Positions 18,278 through 27,187 of a stretch of 64,000 bases of DNA are shown here, piece after piece. Numbering within the stretch: the stretch's first letter is position 1; the number at the start of each line of letters is the position of its first letter. Under the pieces are notes generated by a model. That model was given only the letters and a program-made list of their open reading frames with translations. It was not told the DNA's origin and made no database searches. The position numbers were made by a program, and so were the translations under genes. The stretch is from Candidatus Micrarchaeota archaeon (GTDB taxonomy: Archaea; Micrarchaeota; Micrarchaeia; Micrarchaeales; CABMGC01): NCBI GenBank assembly GCA_028866995.1, contig JAGWHD010000001.1:337030-401029 (forward strand). Direction: 5' to 3'.

Positions 18278-18322
18278 CTGAGAGGGCAACAGCAGGGAGT
18301 AGGAGCCAGTGTGGTTATTTCT

Positions 18323-18697
18323 TTAGTATGAGGATTCTGGGCTTATGTTGTCGTGGCTTGAATTGTATGTCAGGTTGATGTATTCTGCCGCAAGTGTCTT
18401 GAATTCAGCCTCTACATCTTTGGCGCTGATGCTGTCGCTGCCCCAGCCTCTTGTGGCGTTCTTTATGAAGATGTCTGCTCTCATTGCAAGCCATCTCTCC
18501 AGGAGCTTCTTGTCCTGGCACGCGACCTCGCCGGCCATCTCCATGAACTCCTTCTTCACGTCGCTGGCTTCTATTGTCTTACTGAATATTCCTCGGGAAG
18601 CCCTGTTTACGAGCTTCTTGGCCCTTTCCTGGAACCACATGTTGATTACCTGCCTGCTCTCCGGTCCGAGCTTCGCGTATAATACAAGGGTTTCCAT
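18323..18697 (-). CDS. Hypothetical helical protein built from two ~45-aa repeats
   Basis: 124 aa. W..ERAKKLVNRASRG..S..IEASDVKKEF..MAGE aligns with W..MRADIFIKNATRG..S..ISAKDVEAEF..LAAE. Confidence 0.55.
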   Translation of the reverse strand: METLVLYAKLGPESRQVINMWFQERAKKLVNRASRGIFSKTIEASDVKKEFMEMAGEVACQDKKLLERWLAMRADIFIKNATRGWGSDSISAKDVEAEFKTLAAEYINLTYNSSHDNISPESSY

Positions 18698-18701
18698 GCT
18701 A

Positions 18702-19526
18702 TCACACCTGTGCTGACCTGCGCTCCTGGAATATCTTCAGCTCGTTGGGGTCTATCTTCTTCCTCATCTTGAATATCATGAGGTCGTCTGCCGTAACCCT
18801 GTGCCAGGAGTTGCCGTTGTTTATCGATATCGTGTTTCCTTGACCTGATGCCAATAGGTACAGCTGTTGGGCTGCATGCGCGGAGTGCCTGTCTGTGGAG
18901 GTGCCGTTGGTAAGCAGGTATGCGCTTTCCATCTCTATCTCAGGAATCGGTTCAGGTTCTGCGCTGTCGTTGAAGTCGTATGTGTACTGCTTTTGCGGGT
19001 GTATGCTGTAATCCCTTGGGGTGCCATTCTGGTTCATGTGCATGTTGTTCATGAAATCCCCATGTACGTGGTAATGCCTCTCCATTACCTGGTTCTCGTA
19101 CTCCTTCACTATGCTGTTCACGTGGAAGAATATCGCCTCTGCGTCCCTCTTTGAGAAGCCGTTTGCCCTGCCCTCGTTCTTGGTATTCCTTTGCGCAGGT
19201 TCGTTGTCAGTTGGTGAGCCCTTGACCCTTACAGACACTGATGAGAACAGTACGCCGTGGCCTATCCTTACGCTGACTATGTTCTGGTAAGGTATGAAGG
19301 TTATGTCGGACTTGAGGCCCGCGGCCCACCTATGCACTATGACCAGCCTCTGGCGCGTCACTATCACTACGGATGGGGCTATCACTGCGCCGCTCCTCCT
19401 CTTCTGCCGCGCCACATACAGTATTCCGTCGTCCTGGCTGATGTTCTCCAGTATAGTGTCTATCTCCTTCCCGAACAGGTATGGCCCCACGCTAGGGTAG
19501 GCATAGCTGAATTGCGCGTTATTCAC
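18702..19526 (-). CDS. Hypothetical protein with bacterial-type PH (bPH_2/YdbT-like) domain
   Basis: 274 aa, GTG start. VVIVTRQRLVIVHRW....ITFIPYQNIVSVRIGHGVLFSSVSV fits the bPH_2 pattern. No TM. His/Asn-rich middle. Confidence 0.55.
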   Translation of the reverse strand: MNNAQFSYAYPSVGPYLFGKEIDTILENISQDDGILYVARQKRRSGAVIAPSVVIVTRQRLVIVHRWAAGLKSDITFIPYQNIVSVRIGHGVLFSSVSVRVKGSPTDNEPAQRNTKNEGRANGFSKRDAEAIFFHVNSIVKEYENQVMERHYHVHGDFMNNMHMNQNGTPRDYSIHPQKQYTYDFNDSAEPEPIPEIEMESAYLLTNGTSTDRHSAHAAQQLYLLASGQGNTISINNGNSWHRVTADDLMIFKMRKKIDPNELKIFQERRSAQV

Positions 19527-19753
19527 GGGATCACTGGTTCGAACGACACCTTGTTAGACTGAGAATCTGCGATTTGAAGGCCGTCCAATTTCCTTTTCTG
19601 CAGTCCTATTTTTATATTATTCTATGAAAACGGGTTATGGAAAGAAAAATATGCCTGGAATAGAAAGGGATTTATAGTTATTTTCAGACATATGTAGGAT
19701 AGCTCGCTCCTTTCCAGACGCGACGCGCGCATTTGCAGACGTCAAAATGCCCC

Positions 19754-20038
19754 CTATTCCAGCCTCTTTATTATGTGGTACCCGAACTGCGTCTTTACTA
19801 CCCCAGATACCTTTCCTTTCTCAAGCGAGAACGCGGCGTTCTCGAACTCGCGCACCATGACCCCTCTTGGGAATCTGCCCAGGTCTCCGCCCCTCTTCCT
19901 GCTTCCGTCAAGGGAGTACTGCTCTGCGAGCTTTGCGAAGCTTTCTCCTTTGCTTATCCTGTCGAGTATGGACTTCGCCTCGGCCTCTGACTTCACCAGA
20001 ATGTGCGCGCACCTTATCTCGTTTGCCATTTCATACAC
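19754..20038 (-). CDS. Parvulin-type peptidyl-prolyl cis-trans isomerase
   Basis: 94 aa. CAHILV..., GGDLGRFPRG.MV.EFE.AAF, FGYHIIKRLE. Confidence 0.92.
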   Translation of the reverse strand: MYEMANEIRCAHILVKSEAEAKSILDRISKGESFAKLAEQYSLDGSRKRGGDLGRFPRGVMVREFENAAFSLEKGKVSGVVKTQFGYHIIKRLE

Positions 20039-21113
20039 CTTGCATTCTTCGCGTCCTATTAAGCGTAAGCAGCAGCACAGCGTTAAGCAGCACGAATACT
20101 AGCAGGTAAGACAATATCAATGTTGTGCTGCCGGGGCTCATTTCCAGGTAGCCTATTGCAAGCCCCAGGTTTATGAAGGCGAAGAGAGGAGGTATGGCAG
20201 GCAGGGGCACCTTGTACCTCTTCAGCATGGCCATCGTGGCCATCATCCCTAAGCCGGCGAAGATTATCACAAGCAGGGGCATGTAGTAGTTGAAGAACTG
20301 TACATAGGAGCCCACTGCGAGCATTATCGGTATTATGATGTCGCCGTTTCCCAGGGCTGCCCTTGTCACTGTAGGGAGCTTGTTGTCCTTGACAAGGCCT
20401 TTCAGGTAGGGATCCTTCACGTTGGTGCTCGCGAGGCTCCTGAGCTCCTTCCTCTCGGCGCCCTTCAGGTAGCTGGAGGGGATGACCTCCACTTCTGATG
20501 AGCTTATCATGAACGCGAGGTTCTGGCTAGATGCCTGTTCTGCTATAGTCAGCATGTGCTTGGTGATGAACACGGAGATGTAATCGTACACGGCTATCAA
20601 TGCAGCGAAGAGATACGCGTAGTAGAACCCGTAGAAGCCGAGCAGCACGCCGAATCCTGTGCTCGATATCAGCGTTACGGCGTTCCTGGTTGTAGGCCTG
20701 ATGCTCTTGAGCGCTATCAGCAGTATTCCGAAAGCGACAGAGATTGCCAGCGAGACGCCGCCAATGGCCGGGAGCAGGTATCCTATCATTATGGACATTG
20801 CGGTAGATGCGCCGATAATGACTAGCGCCCACTCGAGGAGCCTGAAGAAGATTCCGAATGCCTTTAACAGCAGCTCCTTCCTGAGGAACCTGAATACCAG
20901 TATTATGGCTATGGAGAATATTGCCAGGTAGGAGAGCAGGAACGGTACGAAGCTTGTGGCCTGGCCCTCGGACAACTGGTACAGGTACACCTGCGTAGAA
21001 GTGGCTGCCAGGATTGCGATCAGCAGGCCGAGGAACTGGGCGATGAGGAAAAGCGCAAGTATCGAAAGCGTCTGCCGGTTCTCTATCCTCCTTTCCAGAC
21101 AAGCACCCGTCAC
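20031..21113 (-). CDS. Presenilin/signal-peptide-peptidase family (A22) intramembrane aspartyl protease
   Basis: 360 aa polytopic. YD motif (AVYDYISVF), GxGD motif (LGNGDIIIP), PAL-like (PAIPPL). Confidence 0.8.
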   Translation of the reverse strand: MTGACLERRIENRQTLSILALFLIAQFLGLLIAILAATSTQVYLYQLSEGQATSFVPFLLSYLAIFSIAIILVFRFLRKELLLKAFGIFFRLLEWALVIIGASTAMSIMIGYLLPAIGGVSLAISVAFGILLIALKSIRPTTRNAVTLISSTGFGVLLGFYGFYYAYLFAALIAVYDYISVFITKHMLTIAEQASSQNLAFMISSSEVEVIPSSYLKGAERKELRSLASTNVKDPYLKGLVKDNKLPTVTRAALGNGDIIIPIMLAVGSYVQFFNYYMPLLVIIFAGLGMMATMAMLKRYKVPLPAIPPLFAFINLGLAIGYLEMSPGSTTLILSYLLVFVLLNAVLLLTLNRTRRMQGV

Positions 21114-23170
21114 TCCTCGTCTCTCCTTACGCTCTTGTATGTGCCAGCCTTGGGGCTGTACAGGTCCCCGCTCCTCTCGAGCTCGTAAATGTACTTGGTC
21201 GTAGCTTCCCGGTCTATCCCCTGCTTCTCCGCCTCCTCAAGTATCTCGACTATCTTAGCGCTTCCCTTCTCAGTCTCTAGCTTCTTTATTATGTTGCTGA
21301 TAGTGTTGAGCTTGGTGACCTTCTCCCTAGGCATGCCGGTCAGCAGCGAGTCTATGTCGCGCCTGCCGCTCCTGTCCACTGCGAGCGTGTTGAGCATGTA
21401 CTCGAAGAGCGATATCGCAAGCTCGGCATCCTTCAGCTCTATTATCTCAGACAGCCTGGACTTGGTGCTGGCCTCTGCCATCCTTATCAGCCCCTCTATC
21501 TGCCTTGGGGTTATTATCGTCGCTCCCTGCTTCATCGACATCTTCCTTAGATCGATGTAGTAGTCCTGTATGCGCTTGCTCGCCTCAGGACCCAGCCTCG
21601 GCCTTATGTGCCTTCTTGCATAGGCTATGTACTTTCTCAGTATGTCGTTCGACAGGGGCGGCTCGTCCAGTCTCTCGTGGTCTGTTATGCCCAGGAGCTC
21701 GGCTCCTGAAGCCTCGTGCTGGATTATTATGTGCCTCGCTATCCTCTTGTCGACCTCCTCGTCGAGCGTGTCCTTTATCGGGAATATGAGGTCGAACCTG
21801 GATAGCAGCGCAGGCTGTATGTTGAACTGGTCCGCAGGATATGTGTTGGGATCAAACCTGCCGAACTTCGGGTTCGCTGCTGCGAGCACCGAGGTCTTTG
21901 CGGAGAACTTCGCGACTATTCCCGCCTTCGCTATGCTGATCGTCTGCGACTCGAGCGCCTCGAGGAGCGCCGACTTGTCATCCTCGCCTATCTTGTCGAA
22001 TTCGTCTATGCTGACCTCTCCTCCTGAACCAAGGACAAGGGCGCCTGCCTTGAGCGTCCAGCCTCCTTCAGAGAAGTCGTCCCTCTCTGCGGCAGCTGTA
22101 AGGCCTGCAGAGGTTGTTGACTTGCCGCTGACGTATATACCCTTTGGCACTATGGCGGTCACAGCCTGCAGCAGCCTTGTCTTTGCCGAACCCGGGTCTC
22201 CTATGAGCAGCAGGTGGATGTCGCTCCTTATGAGCCCTCCGTCTATCAGCTTCTTGTCGGGCGTGCCGCCGAACAGCTGCAGCGCGAGCGCCCTCTTTAT
22301 CTCGTCGTAGCCGTAGATCGACGGCGCTATAGACTTTGCTATCTTCTCGAATATGTAAGGGTCTTTGCCCATCTCCCTGATCTGCTTCTCCTCATCAGGG
22401 CTTATCTCTATCTCTGCGAACTCCTTCTGCTTCGGCTTGAGGGACGTGGCGTCGAAGAACATCGTGTACAGTACCTTGTCCTCCTTGCCGCGGAAGGTCC
22501 TCCTTGGCCTTATCCTGAGTATCCCTGTTATCGCTATCCTGTCCCCGGGTATGGTCGTGTTGACCAGGTCGTCCTCAAGCCAGACCTCGAGCTGCCATGT
22601 GGGGGTGTTGCCCCTGAGCCTTTCCAGCGGATCCTGCACAGCTATCCTCTGCATGTTTATGAACTTGGACTCCTTGTTCAGCTGCCTGAGCGGGCCCCTT
22701 CCGCACTGCGGGCACCTCTCTATGACGTTCTCCTTGTCTATCTTGACCTTGGTTATCGTGTCGCAGAAGGGGCACTGGAACATCGCCAGGTGCACCTTCG
22801 GTATTATCTCAGACCTCTTGACCACGAGCGAGTCTATGGTCAGGAGCTTGCCTATGTATTCGGAGCCCACGTCCTGTATCAGCGGTATGTTTATGTCCAT
22901 GCCGAAGAATCTCGCGTATATGGGCTCCTGGCTCTGCTTCGGGTTGAGCTTCGCAAGGGCCGAGTTGGCTATGGGAAGCATGAGATCCGGATTCTCGCTC
23001 ATCTGATTGGCGAGGTCCGCATCGAACTTCTGCAGGTTCTTGATGTCCATGTGCACGCTGCGCTTCTTCGGGTAGGCAACGTACAGGTCGTTTATCTGGT
23101 CCGTGTAATACGTATTGTAGAACTCGATGAACTTGTCCGATATGTCATTTGACTGCTGGGCATCGTCCAT
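21110..23170 (-). CDS. mcm: MCM replicative helicase
   Basis: 686 aa. Zn finger CPFC..CPQC, Walker A IGDPGSAKTRLL, Walker B IDEFDKI, arginine finger SRFDLIF, C-terminal wH. Confidence 0.97.
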   Translation of the reverse strand: MDDAQQSNDISDKFIEFYNTYYTDQINDLYVAYPKKRSVHMDIKNLQKFDADLANQMSENPDLMLPIANSALAKLNPKQSQEPIYARFFGMDINIPLIQDVGSEYIGKLLTIDSLVVKRSEIIPKVHLAMFQCPFCDTITKVKIDKENVIERCPQCGRGPLRQLNKESKFINMQRIAVQDPLERLRGNTPTWQLEVWLEDDLVNTTIPGDRIAITGILRIRPRRTFRGKEDKVLYTMFFDATSLKPKQKEFAEIEISPDEEKQIREMGKDPYIFEKIAKSIAPSIYGYDEIKRALALQLFGGTPDKKLIDGGLIRSDIHLLLIGDPGSAKTRLLQAVTAIVPKGIYVSGKSTTSAGLTAAAERDDFSEGGWTLKAGALVLGSGGEVSIDEFDKIGEDDKSALLEALESQTISIAKAGIVAKFSAKTSVLAAANPKFGRFDPNTYPADQFNIQPALLSRFDLIFPIKDTLDEEVDKRIARHIIIQHEASGAELLGITDHERLDEPPLSNDILRKYIAYARRHIRPRLGPEASKRIQDYYIDLRKMSMKQGATIITPRQIEGLIRMAEASTKSRLSEIIELKDAELAISLFEYMLNTLAVDRSGRRDIDSLLTGMPREKVTKLNTISNIIKKLETEKGSAKIVEILEEAEKQGIDREATTKYIYELERSGDLYSPKAGTYKSVRRDEE

Positions 23171-23301
23171 GGAATCAACTAGCAGGAGCGGAAACTATCC
23201 CCAATTGCCGCACCATGTTGCCGTAATATAAAAATCCTGCCATTATAAGAATATATGCCATGCAAGGTTAGCAGTGGAAGTGCTGTTTTATAGATGGTAA
23301 A

Positions 23302-24771
23302 TTGGCCGGAAAAAGCGACAAGTTCTACATAACGACACCCATATTCTACGTTAACGATGTTCCCCACCTCGGCCATTCGTACACCATGGTGGTTTCGGAC
23401 ATTATTGCTAGGTGGCACAGGCTGCTTGGGGAGCGGGTCTTCTTCCTGACAGGGACTGACGAGCACGGCGAGAAGATAGCAAAGGCAGCAGAGCTGAGGA
23501 AGGAGGAGGTCAAGGCCTTCGTGGACAAGCTCGCGGAGGCCTACAAGGCGTGCTGGAAGGGGCTGTCCATATCGAATGACGACTTCATAAGGACTACTGA
23601 GAGGAGGCATGAAGAGGTGGTCTTCAGGTTCATAGAGGCGATGGACAGGAACGGGGACCTGTACAAGGGGGAGTATGAGGGATGGTACTGCGTTCCTGAC
23701 GAGACCTTCTTCACTGACCTGCAGCTCAAGGAGGGCAGGTGCCCCGTATGCGGGCGCGATGTCCAGAAGCTCAAGGAGGAGAGCTACTTCTTCAGGCTCA
23801 GCAAGTATCAGGATAGGCTGCTCGAGTACTACAAGGCCAACGAGAACTTTCTGGCGCCTAAATCCAGGTCTGCAGAGATAATAAACAGGGTCAAAGGAGG
23901 GTTGAAGGACCTTAGCATAACCAGGAAGTCGGTAAAATGGGGCATACCGTTCCCGATGGACAGGAAGCACAACATATACGTCTGGGTGGAGGCGCTTATA
24001 AACTACCTGAGCGCCCTTGACTGGAGGTCCGAAAAATCGGACCTATTCTGGCCAGCAGATGTGCACATGGTGGGAAAGGAGATCAACTGGTTCCATTCAG
24101 TGATATGGCCCGCGATGCTGTTCTCCGCGGGACTGGAGCCTCCTAGGAAGGTCTTTGCGCATGGGTGGTGGACGGTGGAGGGGCAGAAGATGAGCAAGTC
24201 TGTCGGCAACGTGGTGGACCCGATGGCCATGGCAGGCAAGTATTCGGTGGATGCGCTCAGGTACTTCCTCGTTCGCGAGATACCGCTGGGTGACGACGGG
24301 GACTTCTCGGAGAAAGCCCTGAGGCTGAGGCTGAACAACGAGCTTGCGGCTGACCTTGGCAACCTTGCATACAGAGTACTGAGCATAACGGAGAAGTTCG
24401 ATGGAAAGATAGAGGGCAGTCCAGAGCTTGAGGCGAGCCTTGACCTGAAGGGAATAGAGAAGGACATGCAGGAGCTTAACCTGTCTGGAGCATTGGAAAG
24501 GATATGGCACTTCATAAAGGCGTGCAACAAGTACGTCAATGACAAGAAACCCTGGGAGATGGATGGTGCAGAGCTATCGAACGCTCTCTACAACCTCCTG
24601 GAATCCTTGAGGATAATATCGATCCTGGTATCGCCGTTCATGCCTGAGACATCTGACAGGCTCAATGCACAGCTCGGAGTCAAGAGTGGCCTTCTCAGCG
24701 AGGCGAAATTCGGAGCGTTCAAGGGGAAGGTGAAGAAAGGGGAGTACCTCTTCAGGAAGATAGACGCTTAG
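23302..24771 (+). CDS. metG: Methionyl-tRNA synthetase, core only (no C-terminal tRNA-binding domain)
   Basis: 489 aa, TTG start. HIGH (PHLGHSY), KMSKS (KMSKSVGN), Zn knuckle CVPDE...CPVCG. Confidence 0.95.
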   Translation: MAGKSDKFYITTPIFYVNDVPHLGHSYTMVVSDIIARWHRLLGERVFFLTGTDEHGEKIAKAAELRKEEVKAFVDKLAEAYKACWKGLSISNDDFIRTTERRHEEVVFRFIEAMDRNGDLYKGEYEGWYCVPDETFFTDLQLKEGRCPVCGRDVQKLKEESYFFRLSKYQDRLLEYYKANENFLAPKSRSAEIINRVKGGLKDLSITRKSVKWGIPFPMDRKHNIYVWVEALINYLSALDWRSEKSDLFWPADVHMVGKEINWFHSVIWPAMLFSAGLEPPRKVFAHGWWTVEGQKMSKSVGNVVDPMAMAGKYSVDALRYFLVREIPLGDDGDFSEKALRLRLNNELAADLGNLAYRVLSITEKFDGKIEGSPELEASLDLKGIEKDMQELNLSGALERIWHFIKACNKYVNDKKPWEMDGAELSNALYNLLESLRIISILVSPFMPETSDRLNAQLGVKSGLLSEAKFGAFKGKVKKGEYLFRKIDA

Positions 24772-25299
24772 TCAGGTATAGACAGTTGAGACTATCAGCA
24801 CCCTCTGCGTCTGCGGCACGTAGTTCTGTATCGTGTAGTTGATCCAGACGTATCCTGAGAACGGTGTGCCTTGCGGGTATTTGGCTACTCCTGATGCGTC
24901 GTAGCAGTACATGTATAGTATGGTGAAGTTGTCGCTGTACATGACCCTGCCACCTGGCTGCTTGCCGCTGGGATAGAAGGATGCCCCGTTGGTCGTGAAT
25001 ATGTTCCCGTACTTAGGACCTGTGCCGGTATCGTTCTGCGTTGTCGAGCATGATGCGCCGTTTATCGTGATCTGCGATCCTATCGCCTGCGACAGCCTGA
25101 CAACAAGGATGCCACCGGTAGTGTTTATGGAATCGTATTCGCACCCGAAGCCTGGATTGGGAGTGCAGTAGGGTGTTGCGAGCACAGTGCTCGTGGTCGC
25201 TATCTTGTATATTATGGCTATCGAGATTAGGATTATGATTATTCCCATGCCGTACGAGGCCATGAAGTCTACTGATGACTGCAGCTTTAGTGGCTTCAT
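24772..25299 (-). CDS. Pilin-like protein with class III (type IV prepilin-like) signal peptide
   Basis: 175 aa. MKPLKLQSSVDFMASYGMGIIIILISIAIIY (charged n-region, Q-x-S-x-D/E, hydrophobic core). Several sequons. Confidence 0.65.
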   Translation of the reverse strand: MKPLKLQSSVDFMASYGMGIIIILISIAIIYKIATTSTVLATPYCTPNPGFGCEYDSINTTGGILVVRLSQAIGSQITINGASCSTTQNDTGTGPKYGNIFTTNGASFYPSGKQPGGRVMYSDNFTILYMYCYDASGVAKYPQGTPFSGYVWINYTIQNYVPQTQRVLIVSTVYT

Positions 25300-25342
25300 G
25301 ATTTAGTTGCGATAACAAGATATTTATGGGTATAATAGACTC

Positions 25343-26212
25343 TCATGAAGACGGGGCAGTGTACCCGGACTGCCAATTGGCTTTCCAGACGACAGGACCC
25401 ACCACATCCCCGTTCCAGTTGTTGCCGGAGTAATCGTTGGCGTTTCCGTTGAGGGGCCACCACGCAGATAGGTGTGCCGTATCTATTGGCGCTGCGCCTA
25501 TGCCTCCCCTATAGATGGCAAGTATCGAAGAGGCGTCTGTCGTGGTGTTGTAGATCTGCACGTTCGCTATCGAACCGTTGAAATATACCGCGTTGGGCTG
25601 GTCTCTGCCTATGTAATATTGTTGGTATAGGGAGCTGCCGATTGTGACGCTGCTCGCCCCCAACGACACGCCGTTTACGTAAGGGGTTACGGTGCCGTTG
25701 CCAGTGTTATAGACAACGGCTATGTAGTACCAGGTACCGGTATTGAAATTGTAATTGTAGTTTAGAAAGCCGTTGTTGTATATCACCCTGAGCACTGTTG
25801 GTGACCCTTCGATTCCGAACCCGTTGCCGTAGGAGCCAGATAGATCCGAATCAATGATGTTGTGGTGGTTTGAATTTAAGTTTGTAGTTTGAAACTGTCT
25901 AGCGTTGATCCATGCCGAGATCGTCCACGAGCCCTCCTTGTTAACGAATGCGGTATTTATGTAGCTGCTTGCGCCGTTGAACATGCCGACATATTTAGGA
26001 ATCAGGTTATTGCACTGTCCAGCAAGGCTGATCTGCGCCGCGGTCCTGACGACCTCGCAGGAACCGGGAGTCGCTGTGGGCTGCAGGTTTGAACCGTTGA
26101 ATATTCCAAGAGAGTACAACGAGACCATTACAATTGCAATGGCTAATATCGCCCAGCCATATGTCATCAGGTACTCCATTGCCGATTGGAGTTTTCTGCT
26201 TGCCCTTTGCAA
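25343..26212 (-). CDS. Pilin-like protein with class III signal peptide and LamG (laminin-G-like) jelly-roll domain
   Basis: 289 aa, TTG start directly after the rps2 stop. MQRASRKLQSAMEYLMTYGWAILAIAIV. LamG pattern WTISAWIN...WYYIAVVYN...YVNGVSL...FNGSIANVQIYN. Confidence 0.7.
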   Translation of the reverse strand: MQRASRKLQSAMEYLMTYGWAILAIAIVMVSLYSLGIFNGSNLQPTATPGSCEVVRTAAQISLAGQCNNLIPKYVGMFNGASSYINTAFVNKEGSWTISAWINARQFQTTNLNSNHHNIIDSDLSGSYGNGFGIEGSPTVLRVIYNNGFLNYNYNFNTGTWYYIAVVYNTGNGTVTPYVNGVSLGASSVTIGSSLYQQYYIGRDQPNAVYFNGSIANVQIYNTTTDASSILAIYRGGIGAAPIDTAHLSAWWPLNGNANDYSGNNWNGDVVGPVVWKANWQSGYTAPSS

Positions 26213-26827
26213 TTACTTCGCCTTGAGCTCCATCTTCGCCTCGAAGTCCTGGAGCTTGTACTCGAATTCCTCGTTTGTCTTTATTATCCCTTTCTCCTTC
26301 TGGAATTCCCTTGCAAGAAGATAGTATATCAGCGCGAGCGCCCTCCTTCCCTTGTTGTTGCAGGGTATGACGATGTCTATGAACTTTATCCAGTTGTCGG
26401 TGTCGCAGAGCGCGAGTATTGGTATGTTTGTCTTGCTCGCCTCCTTCACAGCCTGCCTCTCGTTCCTGGAGTCGCTGATGAGGACTGCGCTGGGTTCGGT
26501 GAAGTCCGGCCTGTTGGGGTTGGTGAAGACACCGGGCATGACCCTGCCGCTTATGAGCTTGGCCTTGGTTATCTCGCAGAACTTCTGCGCTGATGCGATC
26601 GCGTAGATCCTTGAAGCGGTTACGACTATGTCCTTCGGCTCGTACTTGGCGAGCATCTTGGCTGCGAGCCTTATCTTGTTGTCTATCGTGGGAAGGTCGA
26701 GCAGGTACAGCCCGTCCTCCCTTATCTTGTAGATGAACTGCTTCATCCCAGGAGTCTTTATCTTTGTGCCTATGTGTATGCCTGCCTCTAGGTAGACAGC
26801 CTGATCTATCAGCATTTCGTTCGTCAT
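26213..26827 (-). CDS. rps2: 30S ribosomal protein uS2
   Basis: 204 aa. LEAGIHIGTK..., ALCDTD motif region. Collinear with the archaeal S2 pattern. Confidence 0.93.
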   Translation of the reverse strand: MTNEMLIDQAVYLEAGIHIGTKIKTPGMKQFIYKIREDGLYLLDLPTIDNKIRLAAKMLAKYEPKDIVVTASRIYAIASAQKFCEITKAKLISGRVMPGVFTNPNRPDFTEPSAVLISDSRNERQAVKEASKTNIPILALCDTDNWIKFIDIVIPCNNKGRRALALIYYLLAREFQKEKGIIKTNEEFEYKLQDFEAKMELKAK

Positions 26828-26841
26828 TGTTACACCAGATA

Positions 26842-26930
26842 CGGGGTCGCCGAGATTTTCATATGCCTATTTTGAACTCGGGTCTTATGCTCCCTAAGCA
26901 CAGAGCCTAACCAGACTAGCAGACGACCCC
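26842..26930 (-). tRNA. tRNA, Pro-like (anticodon AGG as read), with a 15-nt intron in the T-loop (59/60)
   Basis: Acceptor GGGGTCG/CGACCCC (7 WC bp), D-loop AGTCTGGTTA, anticodon stem TGTGC/GCATA, loop TTAGGGA, variable AGAC, T-stem CCGAG/CTCGG enclosing 22 nt that reduce to TTCAAAT after BHB excision. Confidence 0.7.
26856..26870 (-). other. Non-canonical tRNA intron in the T-loop
   Basis: TTCA (26876-73) pairs with TGAA (26861-58), flanked by 3-nt bulges AAA and AAT on opposite strands. The outer helix is the T-stem. The exact boundary is ambiguous within the A-run. Confidence 0.6.
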
Positions 26931-26976
26931 GCGCTAATTATTGATATCATTAACGTTTTAATCCTTGCCATGGGGC

Positions 26977-27177
26977 TCACTTCCTGCTGTAGTTGACCAC
27001 TTCGTCTATCAGCTCCTTGTGGCTTATGAGCATGCGTCTGCAGCAGTATCTCTTTATCCCCATCTCGTCGAGCACCTTCGCCGGGTCCTCCTTGTTCGTC
27101 TTTGTCCTTGTGGAGAACTCCTCCCACTTGTCCGCAACGACCTGCCCGCACGAGAAACATCTCACTGGTATCATCAT
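26977..27177 (-). CDS. rpoN: RNA polymerase subunit N (Rpo10)
   Basis: 66 aa. [14 protein letters not shown]...[12 protein letters not shown] zinc-binding pattern. Confidence 0.9.
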   Translation of the reverse strand: MMIPVRCFSCGQVVADKWEEFSTRTKTNKEDPAKVLDEMGIKRYCCRRMLISHKELIDEVVNYSRK

Positions 27178-27187
27178 GGCGAAAACC

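Noticed and set aside
19527-19753. T-loop-like strings (GGTTCGAAC at about 19538 and TTCAAAT on the minus strand at about 19573) in the 227-nt spacer. Examined as a possible split or intron-containing tRNA.
   Set aside because: I could not build flanking T-stems, an acceptor stem or a BHB motif on either strand. It remains an unexplained long spacer, mentioned under the PH-domain finding.
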